From the NCBI GenBank assembly GCA_016839605.1, contig JAEOTX010000179.1, forward strand, positions 1-20,312: a stretch of DNA of 20,312 nt, in the 5' to 3' direction. Below, in pieces: positions 1 through 8,006 of the stretch (position 1 is its first letter; each line of letters begins with the position of its first letter). The translations under genes and the position numbers were made by a program. The notes beneath the pieces were generated by a model. That model was not told the DNA's origin and made no database searches. It saw nothing but the letters and a program-made list of their open reading frames with translations. This stretch comes from Candidatus Thorarchaeota archaeon. Its GTDB lineage: Archaea; Asgardarchaeota; Thorarchaeia; Thorarchaeales; Thorarchaeaceae.

Positions 1-197
1 GCCATCCTACGCAAGAGGTCAAGCGCATCCGCAGAGTGGCATTCGTCACAGACAAAGTGACCATTTGGACAATGGATTGTAGAGGTGAACTCAAGTCTGC
101 AATAGTCGCAGACATGCTCAGAGCCCTTATCACTATAGACAAGGGTTTCCCCACACACCATGCATGCATAATCGTGAGCTGTGGATCTATCCGCCAA
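1..197 (-). CDS. Cys-rich metal-binding protein, DUF5714-like (5' part only; runs off window start)
   Basis: Not in the ORF track. My translation from TTG at 197 (GGGAGTGA upstream) gives MADRSTAHDYACMVCGETLVYSDKGSEHVCDYCRLEFTSTIHCPNGHFVCDECHSADALDLLRRM..., open to the edge. The CxxC...CxxC...CxxGHxVCDxCH pattern matches the N-terminus I recall for DUF5714 proteins. Confidence 0.8.
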   Translation of the reverse strand, partial: MADRSTAHDYACMVCGETLVYSDKGSEHVCDYCRLEFTSTIHCPNGHFVCDECHSADALDLLRRM

Positions 198-350
198 TCT
201 CTATCACTCCCTCTCAACGCGCATGCTTCACTCTATTGAGATTTGTGATTGCACTCTATTAATCAGGTTCAATCAGCTCGGCATAACAGAGCTTAGCATC
301 TAAATCGACATCAGCATCAGCGAGCATCATTGAGATATTGGTGACATGAT

Positions 351-896
351 TTGAAGTTCACAATCTTTGAAACAGAGTTCGGACACTCAGCAATTGTATA
401 CTGGGCAAGAGGTGATTCCGCCAAAGCAATCCACGTTCTGCTTCCCCGTTCAGAGAAATCAATCAAAAATACCATCATGGGCAGGTTTTCCCGCGCCTTG
501 AACGCATCTGGGGATGAGGTATCAGAGCTTCGAACACGCATTCAAGACTTCTTCACAGGAAAGCCAGATCCAATTCCCTTGAGTCTCGTTGACACATCTA
601 TATGCTCCGCATTTCAGTTGTCTGTCTTGATGGAAGAACATGCGATTCCCCGGGGTAAGACCTCTTCATATGGAAGAATAGCTGCCAGATTGGAATCGCG
701 TGCTGTTCGAGCTGTTGGCAGTGCATTGGCAAGAAATCCATTTCCAATAGTAGTCCCATGTCATCGTGCTGTTAGAAGTGATCGTTCGCTTGGAGGATTT
801 CAGGGCGGTCTTGAAATGAAGAAGCGTATCTTGATTCTTGAAGGAGTTCGATTCAGCTCTGAGGATAGGGTACATCCGGATGATTTCCTTGGCTGA
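351..896 (+). CDS. ogt: Methylated-DNA--protein-cysteine methyltransferase (MGMT)
   Basis: IPRGKTSSYGRIA, RAVGSALARNP and active-site PCHRAV motifs; GGTGA at 340-344 precedes the TTG start. Confidence 0.95.
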   Translation: MKFTIFETEFGHSAIVYWARGDSAKAIHVLLPRSEKSIKNTIMGRFSRALNASGDEVSELRTRIQDFFTGKPDPIPLSLVDTSICSAFQLSVLMEEHAIPRGKTSSYGRIAARLESRAVRAVGSALARNPFPIVVPCHRAVRSDRSLGGFQGGLEMKKRILILEGVRFSSEDRVHPDDFLG

Positions 897-947
897 GAAA
901 CACTTGAGGCGCCACACCTAAATATCTCGTGTCATCAAAAGCAAATC

Positions 948-2162
948 ATGGCTCGCATTGTTGTTATCGGTGGATGTGGAACTGTCGGAAGCATAGCTGT
1001 AAAGGCACTAGCTGCGTATGACGATTTCTCAGAAATAGTCGTGGCTGATTTGGACTATGAAGGCGCTCAGACCTGTGCTGCTGAAGTGGATGAAGACAGG
1101 TGTTCAGCTATTCTGGTTGACGCTACTAATCCTGACAACATTAAGGAAGTGATCAGAGGCGCAGACATCGTTCTCAATGTGTGTGGTCCTTTCTATAAGC
1201 TTGGTCCAATAGTTCTCAAGGCTGTAATTGAGGAGGGAATTAATTACGTTGATGTCTGTGATGACTTTGATGCGACGCAGATTCTGTTAGAGATGGATAA
1301 AGATGCAAAGAGGGCGGGAATAACTGCTCTTACAGGAATGGGTGGTTCTCCAGGGATAGCGAATCTACTTGCGAAGTTCTGTGCTGATGTCATGCTTGAT
1401 GAAGTGGATTCAATTGACATTCTTCATGTTCATGGAGGGGACAATCGTGAAGGTCCTGCAGTAATAGCGCATCGCATTCATAGCATGCTTGCTGACATCC
1501 CGATGTATCTTGACGGCAAGTTCACTACTGTCAAGTACTTCGAAGAAAGCGGGATTGCATTGGAAGAGGATGTCGACTATCCGCTTGTGGGGACCTACCG
1601 TAGCTATTGCTATCCTCATCCAGAAACCATCACGCTCCCAAACTACATCAAGTGCAAGAGAGTCACTAATTTAGGATGCGTCATACCTCCCAAGTACTAC
1701 AACCTGATTCGTGAGATTGTACGTTTGGGGATGGTGAGCGAAGAACCTATTGAGGTAAGAGGACAACAAGTCATTCCCTTCAATTTCGCTATCTCCTATA
1801 TTCTAGAACAGAGAGAACGAATTCTCGAAGAGATCAACTTCGGTGAGCAGAGAGGATGTCTTAGGATCAGAGTGCGAGGGATACTTGATGGGAAGCCACA
1901 CGAATACAGCTTCTCACTCGCATCTATAGGTCAAGCCATGGGAGAGTCTACTGGAATCCCGGCTGCGATTGGAGCTATACTCATGCAACGGGGAAAGATT
2001 ACAGAGAAGGGTGTGCTGCCTCCTGAGGGCTGTGTCGTTCCAATGGATGTGCTTCTTATGATGAAGGACTATCTGGGGCTGAAAGAGGTCACTGGCGAGG
2101 GCTCTCCACTCATAATCGAATCCATCAATCATGAAGGAAAGGTAGAGGAAATAGACATCTAG
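948..2162 (+). CDS. Saccharopine dehydrogenase-family NAD(P)-dependent oxidoreductase
   Basis: N-terminal Rossmann GGCGTVG, NVCGPFY, YVDVCDD, GMGGSPG, HPETITLP and C-terminal GVLPPE motifs. Confidence 0.9.
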   Translation: MARIVVIGGCGTVGSIAVKALAAYDDFSEIVVADLDYEGAQTCAAEVDEDRCSAILVDATNPDNIKEVIRGADIVLNVCGPFYKLGPIVLKAVIEEGINYVDVCDDFDATQILLEMDKDAKRAGITALTGMGGSPGIANLLAKFCADVMLDEVDSIDILHVHGGDNREGPAVIAHRIHSMLADIPMYLDGKFTTVKYFEESGIALEEDVDYPLVGTYRSYCYPHPETITLPNYIKCKRVTNLGCVIPPKYYNLIREIVRLGMVSEEPIEVRGQQVIPFNFAISYILEQRERILEEINFGEQRGCLRIRVRGILDGKPHEYSFSLASIGQAMGESTGIPAAIGAILMQRGKITEKGVLPPEGCVVPMDVLLMMKDYLGLKEVTGEGSPLIIESINHEGKVEEIDI

Positions 2163-2213
2163 CCTTCTCGAATCCCATATATGACCGTTTGACATGCCAT
2201 ACTGGGATTCGCA

Positions 2214-3800
2214 ATGACAGTAGAGAGTGGAGATAGGACATACCTTCTAGCTGTAGATCACGGTACCTCCGCAATGAAAGTGGCCCTAACTGACAAATGT
2301 GGTGAAGTTCTTGCTTTCGAGTTTATAGAAACACCACTACACCTCATACCCGGAGGAGGGGCGGAGCAGAATCCGGATGATTGGTGGAACGCCTTTCTAG
2401 AATGTTCTAGAAGACTGGTTGAAGGAGGCACAGTCAGATCTGACCAAATAGCTGGAATTTGTGTGTCCAGTCAATGGTCAGGCACGGTTGCCGTTGATGA
2501 GAGTGGAAATCATCTGTGCAACGCTATAATCTGGATGGATACAAGGGGCGAGCCCTACATCAAGAAAGTGCTTGGGGGGCTAATCAACATCCAAGGATAT
2601 TCGATTCCGAATCTTCTCCGCTGGCTGCGAAAGACTGGTGGAATTCCAACTGGTGCTGGAAAAGATCCTATCGCCCATATTTTGTATCTGAAGAATGAAC
2701 ATCCGGATATCTATGAGAAGGCCTACAAGTTTCTGGAATGCAAAGATTATCTCAACTTGAAGCTTACTGGGAAGTTTGCGTCTTCATATGATGCCATCAT
2801 GCTCCACTGGGTGACAGACACACGTGATATCGGAAATGTCCAATATGACACTGGGCTGATGAAAAAGATTGGTGTTGACCCCGATAAGTTTCCTCCTCTG
2901 ATGAGTGCCATAGATGTACTGGGAGATGTGAGCGAAGACGTTGCGCAACAGATAGGAATATTGCCAGACACAAAGGTAGTATCGGGATCTCCAGACCTTC
3001 ACTCAGCAATCATTGGCTCTGGCGCAGTTCGTGACTATGAAGGTCATATCTACATCGGAACTAGTAGTTGGGTAATCTGTCATGTGCCCTTCAAAAAGAC
3101 AGACATTTCACACAACATAGCTTCCTTACCTTCCCCCGTTCCGGGGCGCTATTTCGTTGCAAATGAGCAAGAAAGCGCAGGTGCTTGCCTCACATTTCTT
3201 AGGGATAATTTGCTGCATATTGATGACCCTGAGAAGTTTGGGAAGCAAGAAGTGTATCAGGAATTTGACAGGATTGTAGAGGATGTGCCTGCGGGCAGCA
3301 ACAAGATGATCTTCACTCCCTGGCTTTATGGCGAACGGACCCCCGTGGAAGATCACACTCTTCGAGGAGGACTTCATAACATCTCTCTTCCAGTGAAACG
3401 TGGTGACCTCATTCGTGCGGTCTTTGAGGGAGTTGCTTACAACAGTAGATGGCTCATGGAACTGGTTGAGAAGTTCATCAAGCGAAAGATGGATCCACTC
3501 AATATCATCGGCGGCGGTGCACAGTCTGATGTCTGGTGCCAAATCTATGCTGATGTTCTAAATCGGACCATTCGTAAGGTGAAGGACCCAATCTATGCCA
3601 ATGCAAGGGGTGCGGCCCTCATTGGAGCAGTGGGTCTTAGTCTATGCTCTTTTGATGAAATCCCCCGTCTCATACAGATTGAGAAGGAGTTCGTTCCAAA
3701 CCCGGCCAATCGAGAGCTCTACGATGAATTGTTCAAGGAGTTTCTGAACATATACAAGAACAACGTGAAGATGTACAAGCGTCTCAACAGGAGTGGGTGA
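2214..3800 (+). CDS. FGGY-family carbohydrate kinase (xylulokinase-like)
   Basis: AVDHGTSAMK, AEQNPDDWW, IIWMDTR, YIGTSSW, PWLYGERTP, RAVFEGVA and IGGGAQSDVWCQI motifs. Confidence 0.92.
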   Translation: MTVESGDRTYLLAVDHGTSAMKVALTDKCGEVLAFEFIETPLHLIPGGGAEQNPDDWWNAFLECSRRLVEGGTVRSDQIAGICVSSQWSGTVAVDESGNHLCNAIIWMDTRGEPYIKKVLGGLINIQGYSIPNLLRWLRKTGGIPTGAGKDPIAHILYLKNEHPDIYEKAYKFLECKDYLNLKLTGKFASSYDAIMLHWVTDTRDIGNVQYDTGLMKKIGVDPDKFPPLMSAIDVLGDVSEDVAQQIGILPDTKVVSGSPDLHSAIIGSGAVRDYEGHIYIGTSSWVICHVPFKKTDISHNIASLPSPVPGRYFVANEQESAGACLTFLRDNLLHIDDPEKFGKQEVYQEFDRIVEDVPAGSNKMIFTPWLYGERTPVEDHTLRGGLHNISLPVKRGDLIRAVFEGVAYNSRWLMELVEKFIKRKMDPLNIIGGGAQSDVWCQIYADVLNRTIRKVKDPIYANARGAALIGAVGLSLCSFDEIPRLIQIEKEFVPNPANRELYDELFKEFLNIYKNNVKMYKRLNRSG

Positions 3801-4315
3801 GCTTGTCTGATCGGGGATTCACATTCGATTTCATCGAAAAAGAGATTCGAAAGAAGACCTTCGGAGTTCTATCAGTAGTTGATGCAAAAGGACGACCTCA
3901 CTCCACTGGAATCCTGTACGGTGTTTCACCGCCTAAGTCGAAATTCGCTCTGTACATAATCACTGAGGAGAGTTATGCGAAAGTCAGGCATATCAGACGC
4001 AATCCCAATGTGTCGCTTGTCGTGACATTTCCCCACTACATTTTTCGCTTCGCTCCTGCAACCTATGTTATGTTCAGAGGAATGGCAGAGTTAGTGCCCT
4101 TCGATGACTCAGACGGGCAGTGGGCGTTCAGTCAGAAGTATATACTGAGGATGAGTCAAAAAGTAGATCCTGAGATTCTTAAGAAGGCTCTATTCATCAA
4201 AATGAATCCCGAACCCACAGTCTTCTGTTATGGTGTAGGATTTGGGATTATGGAACTAAGAAGTCAACACATATCCGCGGATTACAAGGTCACAATTCCT
4301 GCTCACAAGCTATAG
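3797..4315 (+). CDS. Pyridoxamine 5'-phosphate oxidase-like (flavin/F420-binding split barrel) protein
   Basis: GVLSVVDAKGRPHST and SYAKVRHIRRNPNVSLVV motifs; GTGA overlap with the kinase stop codon. Confidence 0.85.
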   Translation: MSLSDRGFTFDFIEKEIRKKTFGVLSVVDAKGRPHSTGILYGVSPPKSKFALYIITEESYAKVRHIRRNPNVSLVVTFPHYIFRFAPATYVMFRGMAELVPFDDSDGQWAFSQKYILRMSQKVDPEILKKALFIKMNPEPTVFCYGVGFGIMELRSQHISADYKVTIPAHKL

Positions 4316-5311
4316 GCCTTCGTAGAATCTTCGAAGGACTCTGAGTGCCCTCAATGTTATCCATTTGGATGGCTGTCCTTTTTCATCAATTTCACAGTGC
4401 ATTTTCCCATTGTATGTGTTCTTGAGAACCCACCTCCCATCCTTATCTCGTAACGAACTGACTAAGTCAATAGCCTCCTGCAATCTGGAATCCTTGACGC
4501 CTAAAGAAGTCAATATATCCAGAGCCTCTAGAACATCTGATTGATAGAACAGAGGAAATCCGAAGCGTTTCCAACCAGCTTTCTCCTTCCTACTTCCATC
4601 AGGGTTCTTGAGATACTTGTAGATGCCGTGCTCAAGGATGACCCCGATTTCACGGTCTATAATAGTCCTTATTGGCTTTGACCTGGAGTCTTCTGGTATT
4701 GAGGCGAGTCCTCTAAGCATCTTTACTCGTCCCATGAAGCAGTTTGTGGGAAATACTTTGGACGGGTCAATGGGAAAAGCCCTACATTTCCATCCACCAT
4801 TCATCTCATCATAATAATCCACTTGGAACTCAATTAACTTCTGAACCCTTGGATCTTCAAGATATCCAAAGCGTAACAAGTAGTAGAGGATGTTCCCGTC
4901 AAGACAGCAACCATCCTTGACGACACTGGCCCGACCTTTTGCAGTCTTGGGAAGGTCGCCGAGAAAGTGACCGGAGTCTCTTTGGAAAAGAAACAGATGC
5001 TCTATGGCTTTCTCAATCGCTGGCGATCTTTCTGCTCCCAGCTCTGATAGAAGGAGAAGACTGTGTGTGGCTGCTCTATACTTCGGGTTGTACAGGTCAT
5101 TTGGCTTTCCCCAGAAGTAGTCGCCGGTCTGAGCAGCTAAGATGGCCTTCACACAATCAGACTTCATGACTCTCTTTTGTGCCTCAACAACATCTGTATC
5201 CGTAGGTGATTTATCCTGAAGTTGTTGAAGTGCCCAATATCTGATGCTTGGATTCTCCTCCTCCAAGAGCCATCCAAGTATATCTTCATTCAGGAATTCA
5301 TCAAGGCTCAT
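4310..5311 (-). CDS. Prenyltransferase/squalene-cyclase-like alpha/alpha-toroid protein of unknown function
   Basis: WLLEEENPSIRY, QW-like repeats (QTGDYFW, QRDSGHF, NGGWKC, RDKDGRW), FGFPLFYQSDVLEAL and EKGQPSKWITLRALRVL. Confidence 0.8.
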   Translation of the reverse strand: MSLDEFLNEDILGWLLEEENPSIRYWALQQLQDKSPTDTDVVEAQKRVMKSDCVKAILAAQTGDYFWGKPNDLYNPKYRAATHSLLLLSELGAERSPAIEKAIEHLFLFQRDSGHFLGDLPKTAKGRASVVKDGCCLDGNILYYLLRFGYLEDPRVQKLIEFQVDYYDEMNGGWKCRAFPIDPSKVFPTNCFMGRVKMLRGLASIPEDSRSKPIRTIIDREIGVILEHGIYKYLKNPDGSRKEKAGWKRFGFPLFYQSDVLEALDILTSLGVKDSRLQEAIDLVSSLRDKDGRWVLKNTYNGKMHCEIDEKGQPSKWITLRALRVLRRFYEGL

Positions 5312-5358
5312 AGCCTCTCTCTATGGGTTTCGAGCTAATAAGAATGTCCGACAGCGCC

Positions 5359-6408
5359 TTATTCGCTGTCCTTCCAAGGTATTATCTCGCTGTCCCTACC
5401 CTCAAGTGTCTTGTTTACAAATTCAGGATCTGCCAATAGAGATCGTCCAACACCTAGTAGGTCACAGGTGTCTTCCATCATGACTCTTCTGGCGAACTGA
5501 GGTTCTCTAACCATGCCTACTCCAATCACAGGGACTTTCACATGGGGTTTGATCTCTCGAGCTACGGGAATACAGCAGTCATACGGATAACCCTTCAGAA
5601 ACTCAGGCATGGTTTCTTCCGTAAACCGTGGAGGTATTCCTGGATTGTAGGTGGCGTCGACAACACAAGATACATGCAATGCATCAATTCCTGCGCTTTC
5701 AGCAATCTTGGAGATCTGAATCCCTTCGTCTAGAGTGATTCCGTCAACGACATTCTCCATTCCATTAATACGAAGAATGATTGGATAGTCCCCCAATTCT
5801 TCTCTGATTCTTTGAATCACGTCGACTGTAAACTTCGCCTTGTTCTCTGTTGAGCCCCCATATTCGTCATCTCTTCTGTTTGTATAAGATGAGAGAAATG
5901 CACTCAGCAAGTAGAAGTGTGCACCATGGACCTCCACTCCATCAAAACCTGCGGTTTGAGCCCTTCTGGCGGCATCCACAAACATCTCTCTGATTTCCTC
6001 AATCTCTTCAATTGATAGGGGCTCAGGAACCTTGTTCTTTATTACTGGTACATTCGAAGGTCCAACGAACCGCTTTTGGAAATGCGCTTTCGGCCCGGAG
6101 TGGTTTATCTGGATAAATGCCCGAGCGCCATGAGCCTTGATTCCGTCCGCTAGATTCTTGAGACCCGGAATGAGGGCGTCATCATGTATTCCCACATTCT
6201 TACTCAATATTCGGTGTTCCCATGTTATCGCTGCAGCCTCGACTATGATAAGTCCCATTCCGCCCTTGCTTATAGCTGCATAATGTTCAACCGCCTCTTC
6301 AGTTACTTTCCCCTCCTCAGTGCAGAGGTTACGCACCATAGGTGGCAGCACAAACCGATTCTTCACTTCTAGTCCTGCAATCTTGATGGGTTCTGAAAGA
6401 TCAACCAT
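5359..6408 (-). CDS. NADH:flavin oxidoreductase (Old Yellow Enzyme family)
   Basis: KNRFVLPPM, GGMGLIIVE, QINHSG, AGFDGVEVHGAHFYLL, TNRRDDEYGGSTEN, GRSLLADP. ATG at 6408 preferred over 6435 because GAGGAG precedes it. Confidence 0.92.
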   Translation of the reverse strand: MVDLSEPIKIAGLEVKNRFVLPPMVRNLCTEEGKVTEEAVEHYAAISKGGMGLIIVEAAAITWEHRILSKNVGIHDDALIPGLKNLADGIKAHGARAFIQINHSGPKAHFQKRFVGPSNVPVIKNKVPEPLSIEEIEEIREMFVDAARRAQTAGFDGVEVHGAHFYLLSAFLSSYTNRRDDEYGGSTENKAKFTVDVIQRIREELGDYPIILRINGMENVVDGITLDEGIQISKIAESAGIDALHVSCVVDATYNPGIPPRFTEETMPEFLKGYPYDCCIPVAREIKPHVKVPVIGVGMVREPQFARRVMMEDTCDLLGVGRSLLADPEFVNKTLEGRDSEIIPWKDSE

Positions 6409-6450
6409 TAGCAAATCTCCTCGTTCAGTGTTCATTGAACTGTTCAGTAT

Positions 6451-7755
6451 CTATAGATCGAAACCAGTCTTGCCCGAGCCCCACGAATCCATGGCTTTCT
6501 TCAGTTCATCATGCTCAGCGGCGGCCTTCTTCAGTGAGATGCCATTCATCTTTGCGTCAATTGCCTGTCTGAAAGCAATTGCGCCTGCAGTTGGGCCGTC
6601 AGGATGTGCATGGATGCCTGCACCTGTACCTATGACAATGTCGGGGCCCAAGTCATCAATCACCTCGTCAACATGTCCTGGGCTTATTCCTCCACTAGGC
6701 ATTGGGGCGGTCTGCTCGATATGATGAAGCGGCATAACCATTTCATGTGCCATCCTTAGGAATCTCTCTTTGAGCATTGGGGCTTTTCCATAGGGCGCTG
6801 GGAACACAGTAATGTCAGAGCCGCAGATACGAGGTAGTTTCCCAATCACAATATTCGTTCCAATACCTATGTTTGGGGCGTATGAGATAGCTCCTGTAAT
6901 GTCCATGTGAGCGAGAACTGGGACATTTATAGATGGGTCCTCACACACATGACGGAATGCAGAATAGCCTACAGCGAGAAAGTTGATCATGAGACCATTG
7001 GTTCCAAGTTCAATCGCTCTTTCCGCGTTCTCAAACAACTTGGGCACACTGTCAGTTATGTTGATCGTGAGAAGCGTCTTCTCCCCTTTTTCAGAGTCCG
7101 CTTTGTCGATGGCCTCCATGAACAGCGGAATTCTCTCTTCGAGTGTGTTAAAACTCGCATCTGCTAGAAGCTCGTCATCTTTGATAATATCGGCGCCTCC
7201 CACTGCTGCCTTATAGCAGAGGTCTGCACCCATCTTGGCGGATGTGTATACACACGGTTTGATCATGTTATTGACAAATGGTCGTTTCTTAACACCTAGG
7301 AGCTTTCTAAGCCCCTTGACTCCGAATTTTGGTCCCTTGAAGCCCCTTAGCCAACTTTTGGGGAACCTCATGTCCAGACACTTGATGGGCCCCAGTGAGA
7401 TGTTCCCTATGACTGTTGACAGCAACATTGGTATTTGCTGACCAAAGTTTTCCCACGGGAACGCTATCTGGATGATATAGTGTCGTCTCTCAAGATTACT
7501 AGGGAGGCTGAACTCATACTGAGGGGTTTCATAAATCCCAATGACCTTTGCCACGTGTCTTTTTCTGACAGCAGGAGTTTCACCTGGTACAAGCGTCCAT
7601 GTGCCAGTACTCTGTTCAACAGCCGCTCCTCGAGCAAGCTCTCTGACATCAAGAAATGGCGGCAGTCTCGTATAATAAGTGCAAATCACATGTTTCTCGA
7701 CATCGATTGAATCGGGCAAAGCTTCAGGTTGGGCGTCCAAGGGCATTCTGTCCAT
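6451..7755 (-). CDS. RuBisCO-like protein (form IV RLP), Archaeoglobus fulgidus-type
   Basis: EQSTGTW, GPKFG, NNMIKP, GGADIIKDDE (carbamylated-Lys/Mg motif), APYGKAP, PMPSGG and GIHAHPDG. Lacks the RuBisCO K177, R295 and H327 equivalents. Confidence 0.93.
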   Translation of the reverse strand: MDRMPLDAQPEALPDSIDVEKHVICTYYTRLPPFLDVRELARGAAVEQSTGTWTLVPGETPAVRKRHVAKVIGIYETPQYEFSLPSNLERRHYIIQIAFPWENFGQQIPMLLSTVIGNISLGPIKCLDMRFPKSWLRGFKGPKFGVKGLRKLLGVKKRPFVNNMIKPCVYTSAKMGADLCYKAAVGGADIIKDDELLADASFNTLEERIPLFMEAIDKADSEKGEKTLLTINITDSVPKLFENAERAIELGTNGLMINFLAVGYSAFRHVCEDPSINVPVLAHMDITGAISYAPNIGIGTNIVIGKLPRICGSDITVFPAPYGKAPMLKERFLRMAHEMVMPLHHIEQTAPMPSGGISPGHVDEVIDDLGPDIVIGTGAGIHAHPDGPTAGAIAFRQAIDAKMNGISLKKAAAEHDELKKAMDSWGSGKTGFDL

Positions 7756-7920
7756 GATTATCAGCCAACAGGGATTGGAGTAAACCCCGTCTTATGTTCT
7801 TTTGGCCTCAGGATGAATGTGTTATCTTCTCTTCAGAGTATATGCGGCAAAAACTACAATAGAAGTCATGCCCATTGTCAGAGAAAGGCCTAGAAGGGGT
7901 AAGGGACACATGAGAATAGC

Positions 7921-7979
7921 ATATCATAACTGATATTATAAGGTATTAATCAGAGATTGATACCTGACATCATGATGTC
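7921..7979. promoter_or_regulatory. Three consecutive dyad sequences around a TTATAA box in the divergent RLP / histidine kinase promoter region
   Basis: ATATCA-taac-TGATAT (7921-7936); TTATAA (7936-7941); AGGTATTAATC-aga-GATTGATACCT (7941-7965, 10/11 match); perfect 14-bp palindrome GACATCATGATGTC (7966-7979). Confidence 0.55.
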
Positions 7980-8006
7980 CCGTGCAATAGATTGGTGGGG
8001 CAAGTA

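Noticed and set aside
36-239. 67-aa + strand ORF from the track
   Set aside because: Shadow of the Cys-rich minus-strand gene, which has an RBS and a recognisable motif.
4310-5311. Squalene-hopene cyclase or NifH (labels sometimes attached to such proteins)
   Set aside because: Too short and no DxDD motif for a cyclase; no P-loop or NifH Cys motifs.
6423-6458. GTTCA/TGAAC short repeats and the ATCTATAGAT palindrome between the RLP and OYE genes
   Set aside because: Arms are only 5 bp and partly in coding sequence; not distinguishable from chance.
6451-7755. Bona fide form III RuBisCO / CO2 fixation
   Set aside because: The K177, R295 and H327 equivalents are replaced, and the motif is DIIKDDE rather than GxDFxKDDE with HxHRA.
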